From Acidobacteriota bacterium (GTDB lineage Bacteria; Acidobacteriota; UBA4820; DSQY01), in NCBI GenBank assembly GCA_049591295.1, contig JBAWEQ010000230.1, forward strand, positions 2,882 to 66,881: a stretch of 64,000 nt of DNA, given 5' to 3'. Of the stretch, positions 57,954 through 64,000 are shown piece after piece (position 1 is the first letter of the stretch; each line of letters begins with the position of its first letter). A model generated the notes under the pieces. That model was given only the letters and a program-made list of their open reading frames with translations. It made no database searches and had not been told where the DNA came from. The position numbers and the translations under genes are program-made.

Positions 57954-58145
57954 CTAAAATCCAATCAATTGCTTGACCTTGCGGACGTCGGCCTCGTGGA
58001 CGAGGTCGGCGCTCCCAAGGCGGTTCTTGCGCTTGCGGTCCTTGGAGGACAAGATGTGCCTATGGTAGGCTTTGCCCCGCTTGATCTTTCCCGTGGCGGT
58101 CAGCTTGAACCGCTTGGCCGCAGCCCGGTTGGTCTTCTTCTTTGG
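57954..58145 (-). CDS. rpmI: 50S ribosomal protein L35
   Basis: MPKKKTNRAAAKRFKLTATGKIKR... ; start at ATG 58145 with GGGAGG 6 nt upstream. Confidence 0.9.
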   Translation of the reverse strand, partial: PKKKTNRAAAKRFKLTATGKIKRGKAYHRHILSSKDRKRKNRLGSADLVHEADVRKVKQLIGF

Positions 58146-58170
58146 CATGGATATCAACCTCCCGCGTTGC

Positions 58171-58665
58171 CTACTTCTTCGTGGGCGTGAGCAGCATGGT
58201 CATCATGCGGCCCTCCATCCCGGGGGCCCGCTCAATCTTGCCCTTCTGAACCACTTCGGTGGCAATTCTGGTCAGCAGCCTCTGGGCCAGTTCGGGGTGG
58301 ACGATCTCACGCCCGCGAAAGCGGACCGTGATCTTGACCTTGTCCCCGTCCTCCAGGAATTCCTCGATCCGGCGCTTCTTGACCTGGAAGTCGTGCTCTT
58401 CGATCTTCGGCCTCAGCTTGATTTCCTTGACGACGACCTGCTTCTGCTTCTTTCTCGCCTCTTGGGCCTTCTTCTTCTCGTCGTAGAGGAACTTGCCGTA
58501 ATCGATGATCCGGCAAACCGGCGGCTGGGCGGTGGGCGCTATCTCCACCAGGTCCAGCCCCTTGGCCTCCGCCATGACCAACGCCTCATCGGGCGTCATG
58601 ATGCCGAGCTGGGCCCCGTCGTCATCGATGACCCGGATCTCCCGAACCCGGATCTGCCGATTCAA
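58171..58665 (-). CDS. infC: Translation initiation factor IF-3
   Basis: IF3 N- and C-domains (..EIRVIDDDGAQLGIM...PPVCRIIDYGKFLYD..). Annotated start is TTG at 58665 with GAGGA upstream; infC commonly uses rare start codons. Confidence 0.85.
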   Translation of the reverse strand: MNRQIRVREIRVIDDDGAQLGIMTPDEALVMAEAKGLDLVEIAPTAQPPVCRIIDYGKFLYDEKKKAQEARKKQKQVVVKEIKLRPKIEEHDFQVKKRRIEEFLEDGDKVKITVRFRGREIVHPELAQRLLTRIATEVVQKGKIERAPGMEGRMMTMLLTPTKK

Positions 58666-58704
58666 CCTCGGTCCTCTGGCTGTTGCGTCTCGGATAGCTG
58701 CCTC

Positions 58705-60636
58705 CTACTCCAGTTCCAGGGATCGGCTCTCCACCCGTCGGAGAGCCATCTCAACAAAGGTATCCACGGTCATGCTCCCCCGGTCTCCAGTCGAGCGAGT
58801 CCGCAGGGAAACGCTCGCGGATTCCTGCTCGCGGTCCCCGATCACCAGCATGTAGGGAATCTTCAGCAGCTGGGCCTCGCGAACCTTGTACCCCGTCTTC
58901 TCGGGGCGGGCGTCCACCGTCACCCTCAACCCGGCCCCCCTCAGGCGGGAGGCCACAACCTCGGAGTATGCCACATGTCGGTCGGCGATGGGAAGGAGCC
59001 TGACCTGCTCGGGGGCCAGCCAGAGCGGAAAGGCCCCGGCGAAGTGCTCGATGAGCACGCCCATGAACCGCTCGATGGACCCCATGATGGCCCGGTGGAT
59101 CATGACCGGCCTCTCGGGCGCGTTCTCGGGCCCCGTATAACTCAGTTCGAACCTCTCGGGCAGGTTGAAGTCTAGCTGTATGGTCGCGAGCTGCCACTCC
59201 CGCCCGATGGCGTCCTTGACGACGAAATCGATCTTCGGTCCGTAGAAGGCTCCATCGCCCGGGTTTACAGTGAAAGCGATCCCTTGAGCCTGGAGGATGC
59301 TGTCGAGGGCGGCCTCGGCCCGCTGCCAGATCTCGTCCGAGCCCACCGAGTTCTCGGGGCGCGTGGAGAAGTACACGTGCGGATCGCTGAAGCCGAAGAT
59401 CTCGTAGGTCCGGCGGACCAGTTCGAAGAGCGAGCGGATCTCCGACTCGATCTGCTCGGGCCGGCAGAAGATGTGGGCATCGTCCTGCGCGAAGGAGCGC
59501 ACTCGCGTGAGCCCCTGGGTGACGCCCGAGCGCTCGTAGCGGTGCAGGCGGCCGAAGTCGGCGATCCTCAGGGGCAGCTCGCGGTAGGAGTGGCTCTCGC
59601 TGCCGTAAAGCAGACAGTGGCCCGGGCAGTTCATGGGCTTGAGGCCGAATTCCCGCTTGTCGATCTCCGCCAGGAACATGTTCTCGCGGTAGTGCTCGTA
59701 GTGCCCGGACCGCTTCCAGAGCTCCACGTCGAAGACCTGGGGCGTGATGACCTCCTGGTAGCCGTATTCCCGATAGAACTCCCTCATCAGGCCCACGAGC
59801 TCGTTGTAGACGATGGCCCCCTTGGCCGTAAAGAAGGGGGAGGCGGGCGCCCACGGGTGGAGCATGAACAGGCCGAGATCCCGGCCGAGCTTGCGGTGGT
59901 CGCGGGCCTTGGCCTGCTCCAGCCGCTTCAGGTGCTCCTCCAGCTCCTTGCGGGAGAGGAAGGCCGTGGCGTAGATCCTCTGGAGCATCTTGTTGTGTTC
60001 GTCGCCCTTCCAGTAGGCGCCTGCCACGGAGAGGAGCTTGAAGGTGTCGGGCTTGATCCGTCCTGTGCTCGGCAGGTGGGGACCGCGGCAGAAGTCGTCG
60101 AAGGCGCCCTGGCGGTAAATGGAGACCGGCTCGTTCTGGCCGCGTTCGTAGGCCAGCTCTGACTTGTAGGGTTCCTGCTGCCGGTCGAAGAGCGCCTTGG
60201 CCTCCTGCCAGGGGAGCTCCTGGCGCCGGATCGGGGTGTCTCGGGCGATGATCTCGCGCATGCGCGCCTCGATCCGTTCGAGGTCCTCCGGCGTGAAGGG
60301 GGCGTCGCGGTCGAAGTCGTAGTAGAAGCCCTCCTCGATCACGGGCCCGATGGCGATCTTGGCCTCGGGGAAGAGTTCCTTCACGGCGTTGGCCATGAGG
60401 TGGGCGCAGGTATGGCGGTAGATCCCGAGCGCATCGGGAGAGCGCTCCGTGATGAGCTCCAGGGTGCAGTCGTGGTCGAGCGGCCGGTACACGTCCACGA
60501 GGCCGCCGTCGCTCTTGGCAGCGAGGCTGGCGGCGGCAAGCCGCGGGGAGATGCTCTCTCCCACCTGCTGCGGCGTCGCCCCCGAGGGGAAGACCTTGCT
60601 GGTCCCGTCGGGCAGCGTCACGCGGATCTCGGGCAC
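58705..60636 (-). CDS. thrS: Threonine--tRNA ligase
   Basis: TGS, editing and class-II catalytic core plus anticodon-binding domains. Start moved to GTG 60636 (GGAGG 5 nt upstream, giving VPEIRVTLPDG like typical ThrS); ORF-track start is TTG 60648. Confidence 0.9.
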   Translation of the reverse strand: MPEIRVTLPDGTSKVFPSGATPQQVGESISPRLAAASLAAKSDGGLVDVYRPLDHDCTLELITERSPDALGIYRHTCAHLMANAVKELFPEAKIAIGPVIEEGFYYDFDRDAPFTPEDLERIEARMREIIARDTPIRRQELPWQEAKALFDRQQEPYKSELAYERGQNEPVSIYRQGAFDDFCRGPHLPSTGRIKPDTFKLLSVAGAYWKGDEHNKMLQRIYATAFLSRKELEEHLKRLEQAKARDHRKLGRDLGLFMLHPWAPASPFFTAKGAIVYNELVGLMREFYREYGYQEVITPQVFDVELWKRSGHYEHYRENMFLAEIDKREFGLKPMNCPGHCLLYGSESHSYRELPLRIADFGRLHRYERSGVTQGLTRVRSFAQDDAHIFCRPEQIESEIRSLFELVRRTYEIFGFSDPHVYFSTRPENSVGSDEIWQRAEAALDSILQAQGIAFTVNPGDGAFYGPKIDFVVKDAIGREWQLATIQLDFNLPERFELSYTGPENAPERPVMIHRAIMGSIERFMGVLIEHFAGAFPLWLAPEQVRLLPIADRHVAYSEVVASRLRGAGLRVTVDARPEKTGYKVREAQLLKIPYMLVIGDREQESASVSLRTRSTGDRGSMTVDTFVEMALRRVESRSLELE

Positions 60637-60658
60637 GGTGGCCTCCAAAAATGAAAAG

Positions 60659-60734
60659 TGGTAGGCGCGAGCGGGATCGAACCGCTGACCTCTACCGTGT
60701 CAAGGTAGCGCTCTCCCATCTGAGCTACGCGCCT
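60659..60734 (-). tRNA. tRNA-Val (anticodon GAC), 76 nt with encoded CCA
   Basis: Manual cloverleaf: acceptor AGGCGCG/CGCGCCU, D-stem GCUC/GAGC, anticodon stem CUACC/GGUAG with loop UUGACAC, T-stem AGCGG/CCGCU with loop UUCGAUC, discriminator A, CCA. Confidence 0.9.
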
Positions 60735-60806
60735 ACGGGAGCCCCAAGACTACCAGAGAAAGGGCCGCATGTCAAGCGGGGCGAGGGGTTTGGGGATGTG
60801 TCGAGG

Positions 60807-61757
60807 TCAAGGCCCGGCCTGGAGAAGGTCACCCGGCAGCTCCTCCAGCGAGAGAATGCCCACCGTCCCGCCCTTCTCCGTGAGGGCCGCCCACGTGCAC
60901 CCGGAGTCTCGAAGCAGGTGCAGGAGCTCGCTCAAGGGCGTGGCAGCGGGCACGGTGGCGGGAGGCGCTGGCCAACTGCGGGGGGGCGGCCCGCCCGGGT
61001 CCAGGCCCAACAGATCCAAGGGGCGGGCGAGGGCGAGGAGCCTTCCACCCCGGTCCACCACTCGGAGCGGCCCTCCGGCCGCCTCGGCGAGCCTGGACCT
61101 CCACACCTTAGAGGCGGAGGGAAACGGGAGAACGGGAATGGACTCCACCGGCGTCATGAGAGACCAAGCGGGCTCGTGGAGCCGGGCCAGGATCCCCTTG
61201 GCCAGCGCCCGAACCGTATCCGCGTGGCGCAATCGGGCTGAGAAGACCCTGATCAGCTCGTCGCGGGAGGCCCACGGAAGGGTTCCGCGGCCGCCCTTGG
61301 CGCGCCGTCGGCGCAACCCCATGGTCAGCAGGCGCAGCAGGCCTCCCAGCGGGGCCGCTGGCACGAGGAGGATGAGCAGCACGGGCACCACGCCCAGCGA
61401 CCAGCCCGTGGCGACAGGGCGCAGGAGGAGCTTGGGAAGTATCTCGCCGAATACCAGCACGGCCAGAACGAGGCCCATCCCCGTCACGGGGAGGAGCCAT
61501 CCCGGTCCACGAGCGGCCCAGCTCTGGGCGAAGAAGGCGCCGGAGACCACGCAGAGGTTGGTGCCCAGCACCGTGGCGGCCAGCCAATAATCGGGCTTCC
61601 TGAAGAACCCGATGAGACGCCGCGCCCTCCAGTCCCCGCGTCGCGCCTTCCGGTACACGATTGCCGGGCTCGCGTTCAGCAGCGCGATCTCGGTGCCCGA
61701 GAAGAAGGCCTCTCCGAGGAGCGAAAGCGCCGTGCCCAGCAGGAGAAGATGATTCAC
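60807..61757 (-). CDS. CNNM/HlyC-CorC-family transporter (DUF21 membrane domain + CBS-like region)
   Basis: N-terminal DUF21 TM region (GEAFFSGTEIALLNASP...GEILPK); 316 aa. Confidence 0.75.
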   Translation of the reverse strand: MNHLLLLGTALSLLGEAFFSGTEIALLNASPAIVYRKARRGDWRARRLIGFFRKPDYWLAATVLGTNLCVVSGAFFAQSWAARGPGWLLPVTGMGLVLAVLVFGEILPKLLLRPVATGWSLGVVPVLLILLVPAAPLGGLLRLLTMGLRRRRAKGGRGTLPWASRDELIRVFSARLRHADTVRALAKGILARLHEPAWSLMTPVESIPVLPFPSASKVWRSRLAEAAGGPLRVVDRGGRLLALARPLDLLGLDPGGPPPRSWPAPPATVPAATPLSELLHLLRDSGCTWAALTEKGGTVGILSLEELPGDLLQAGP

Positions 61758-62230
61758 TTCCTATTCCTCTCCACCGTGAAAGGCACCGTCGCCGGGTGCT
61801 CGCCGCGCCGGCCCAAAGTCACGGCCAGAGGCGCGGCCCTGTAGCCGTCCACCGAGAGGTCGAAGGCGAGGTGCGTCACCGAGGGACTGAGCTGAAAATC
61901 CACGCCATCGGCTCCACCGTCCGCGGCGGCGTCGAAGCGGATCTCGTTCTCCCCCGTCTTCTTGATGAAATCGCGGCGCTCCTTGGATTCGGGCTTCACG
62001 TGGAGAAAGATGCCGTCACAGACGATGGATCCCGTGAAGACGTGCCTCTTGCCCTTGGTTGTCCACCGCACGTGCCAGCCCTCGCCGTCGTGCCAGATGA
62101 AGTAGCCTTTGGCGTAACCCGCCACGAAGTAGGGCCTGCCCTCCAGGAACCGCTTATCCACGGCCGAGGCCGCAAGGGCAGACACGAGAATCATGAAGCC
62201 CATCAGGACCGCCGCCGTCACTTTTCGCAT
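61754..62230 (-). CDS. Hypothetical secreted protein
   Basis: Signal peptide MRKVTAAVLMGFMILVSALAASA; start at second ATG (GGGAGG 6 nt upstream); 4-nt overlap with the downstream CNNM gene. Confidence 0.5.
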   Translation of the reverse strand: MRKVTAAVLMGFMILVSALAASAVDKRFLEGRPYFVAGYAKGYFIWHDGEGWHVRWTTKGKRHVFTGSIVCDGIFLHVKPESKERRDFIKKTGENEIRFDAAADGGADGVDFQLSPSVTHLAFDLSVDGYRAAPLAVTLGRRGEHPATVPFTVERNRK

Positions 62231-62249
62231 AATAACCTCCCGCATTCGT

Positions 62250-64000
62250 CTAGGGTGTCATGGAGGGGACCCTGGCTGGCTGGGCGTCCCGCATGAACAG
62301 GTGCGCCTCGGCCCCGACGGCCCCACCCGTCCCGTCCGCATACAGCCTGCCATACTCCCACTGGTTCAAGAGAATCCTGCGGACGTAGGAACGCGTTTCC
62401 CGGAAAGGTATCGATTCGATGAAGAGGTCGGGGTCTTTGGGGCACCCGGGCCGGCGGAGCCACTCGTCCACCCGCCCGGGGCCGGCGTTGTAGGCAGCCA
62501 GCGCCAGATGCACCTGGCCACCGTACCGCTTGAGCATCTCGGTCATGTAGGCGCAGCCCGCCAGGGCATTCCACGCGGGATCCCTAAGGCGCGAGAGGTC
62601 GGTGTGCTTCAGATCGAATTTCCGGGCCACTGCCCTGGCCGTCCCCGGAAGGAGCTGCATGAGCCCTACGGCGCCCGAGGCCGAGAGGGCGTCGGGATCC
62701 CAGAGGCTTTCCTGGCGGATCACCGAGCAGACGAAGAAGACCGGCAGGTCGAAGGTGCTGGCCGCCGTCCTTACTTGAGGCCAGAAGGGCCTGGGGAAGA
62801 GAATCCGCCAGGCTTCCGCGGGGACGCTGTCCCCAGACTGTCCGAAGGCGTTCGGATAGAGCCGGCGGAGGCTGCGGATGGCTCCGGTGTAGTCGTCGGC
62901 CTCGGCCATGGCCCTGGCCATGGCCCACTGGGTGCCGGGGTCGTCGGCCGCCCGCGAAGCCATCTCGAACTCTCCCCCGGCCTCCGGGAGGAGTCCGCAG
63001 CGGAGCAGCTCGAAGCCCTTGGCCGCGTGGCTTCCGGGCTGTACGGGCGCTGGAGCGGGCGGTGGCGGAGCCGGTTGGTCGGGCGCCGGCGGCCCGCCCC
63101 GCACCCTGTAGCCGAAGTACCCGTATCGGTCCTCGCGGAGTATGTCCAAGCGGAGCGCCGCCGCCTCCTCTCCCGAAACGCGGCCGAGCCTGATCAGGGA
63201 GTAGGCCGCCGCGCTCCGGTAATCGCTGGAGGGGGGCAGGGCCCTCACGAGCACCCTCCAAAGGCCGTCCGCGCGGTCCCGTTTCCCGGCCATGACGTAA
63301 TGCCACCCGGACTCGTAAAGATATTCGCCGGCGGACGTCTGCCCGAACCCGCCCGCCAGTAACGCCTCCGCGGTCCGCACGGCCTTCCCCTCGTCGCCCT
63401 CCCGGTCGTACCGGCGCATGAGGGCTAGGAGGGAGCGGCCCCGCCCGGGCGTATCGGCGGGGAGCCCGAGAAGGCCGGCCTCGGCCGCCGCGGCCGACTT
63501 GCCCGAAAGCGCTCCCGCGGCGGTCAGCATCCCGAGCCTCACCTTGCTCGCCGCCGCCGCCTCCGGAGGAATCTCCAACCCCGCGTAATCCTTGGCCGCG
63601 TCTCCCAATCGTCCGCGCGCTTCGAGCAGGCGGCCAGCCAGGTAGCGCCGCCAACCCGCCTCGGAGGGCGAGGAGGGAATGAAGGCCGGCAGCTCCCTGC
63701 GAAGCTCGGCCCACTGCCCAGTCTCTGCGAGAGACCGGAGGTGGACGAGCTGGTCCGCCGGAGGCAGGCGCTCCACCCAGCCTCTCCATTCGGGCCTCCG
63801 GGAGAGCAGCTCCTGGGTCTGTCGACTCGTGGGGCGGTGGATCCAGAGGTCACGAACCATCGATTCAGCCTCCGCCCTGCGGCCCGAATCCTCGTAGAGG
63901 ACCGCCAGCCTGGCTATCCATTCGGGATCGGAGGGCGCCGCCCGGTGCAGGGCCTCGGCACAAGGAATGGCCTCCGGCTCGGCTCCTCTGGCCGGCAGGT
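62250..64000 (-). CDS. Soluble lytic murein transglycosylase (Slt family), 5'-partial (reading frame stays open to the window end)
   Basis: C-terminal lysozyme-like SLT domain (SVIRQESLWDPDALSASGAVGLMQL, AYNAGPGRV); upstream superhelical, TPR-like region. Frame is open from 63861 to 64000 with no stop. Confidence 0.8.
   Translation of the reverse strand, partial: LPARGAEPEAIPCAEALHRAAPSDPEWIARLAVLYEDSGRRAEAESMVRDLWIHRPTSRQTQELLSRRPEWRGWVERLPPADQLVHLRSLAETGQWAELRRELPAFIPSSPSEAGWRRYLAGRLLEARGRLGDAAKDYAGLEIPPEAAAASKVRLGMLTAAGALSGKSAAAAEAGLLGLPADTPGRGRSLLALMRRYDREGDEGKAVRTAEALLAGGFGQTSAGEYLYESGWHYVMAGKRDRADGLWRVLVRALPPSSDYRSAAAYSLIRLGRVSGEEAAALRLDILREDRYGYFGYRVRGGPPAPDQPAPPPPAPAPVQPGSHAAKGFELLRCGLLPEAGGEFEMASRAADDPGTQWAMARAMAEADDYTGAIRSLRRLYPNAFGQSGDSVPAEAWRILFPRPFWPQVRTAASTFDLPVFFVCSVIRQESLWDPDALSASGAVGLMQLLPGTARAVARKFDLKHTDLSRLRDPAWNALAGCAYMTEMLKRYGGQVHLALAAYNAGPGRVDEWLRRPGCPKDPDLFIESIPFRETRSYVRRILLNQWEYGRLYADGTGGAVGAEAHLFMRDAQPARVPSMTP

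Noticed and set aside
56259-58190. 643-aa plus-strand ORF antisense to the DUF4388, rplT and rpmI genes
   Set aside because: Overlaps highly conserved ribosomal protein genes on the opposite strand.

Overview
This is a high-GC (roughly 65-70%) bacterial chromosomal segment, densely coding and dominated by core genes; the phylum is not assignable from sequence alone. There are no mobile elements, CRISPR arrays or rRNA genes.

Gene content in order:
- Start of window: a 5'-truncated TonB-dependent receptor gene, an SDR oxidoreductase and a FadL-family outer-membrane transporter.
- Alanine dehydrogenase family enzyme plus a CoA-transferase.
- A TrpB-like enzyme, a NRAMP metal transporter fused to a UspA domain, and a DUF4404 protein.
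- The priA-lpxK pair.
- A cell-shape cluster (mreB-mreC-mreD-mrdA-rodA) followed by a ThiF/MoeB E1-like gene and a SAM-methyltransferase.
- A GAF-GGDEF cyclase, a FecR-domain protein, a TlpA/ALDH/PuuD-like trio, a DinG-like helicase and an NhaD-like permease.
- H+-pyrophosphatase (hppA) and a TPR-tonB-exbB-exbD-exbD cluster.
- A 959-aa FAD/Fe-S/CCG fusion oxidoreductase, aconitase, truD, larC, plsC, a site-2 protease and a ThiI-like PP-loop ATPase.
- An EamA transporter, bcp, malic enzyme, mobA and a membrane HdrD-like Fe-S oxidoreductase.
- A DUF4388 protein, the infC-rpmI-rplT-thrS block preceded by tRNA-Val(GAC), a CNNM transporter and a partial soluble lytic transglycosylase.

Main hunt results:
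1. A SelW-like selenoprotein gene (5761-5988) that the ORF track missed. It has an in-frame TGA in a CGVU motif and a SECIS-like hairpin downstream.
2. An in-frame TAG interrupting an otherwise conserved peroxiredoxin bcp.
3. A diverged ~100-nt duplicated relic of the 3' end of the Fe-S oxidoreductase gene, separated from the real gene end by GC hairpins.
4. A NRAMP-Usp fusion.
5. A ThiF-like E1 with an unrecognised C-terminal domain, translationally coupled to rodA.
6. A (CCCTGTTT)x3.6 tandem repeat immediately upstream of the helicase gene.
7. Several hairpin-rich intergenic regions that could hold small RNAs or terminators.

The ORF track treats GTG and TTG as start codons and writes them as M. 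Several starts were therefore re-derived from ribosome-binding-site context. Many long antisense ORFs are artefacts of the high GC content and are listed as rejected.
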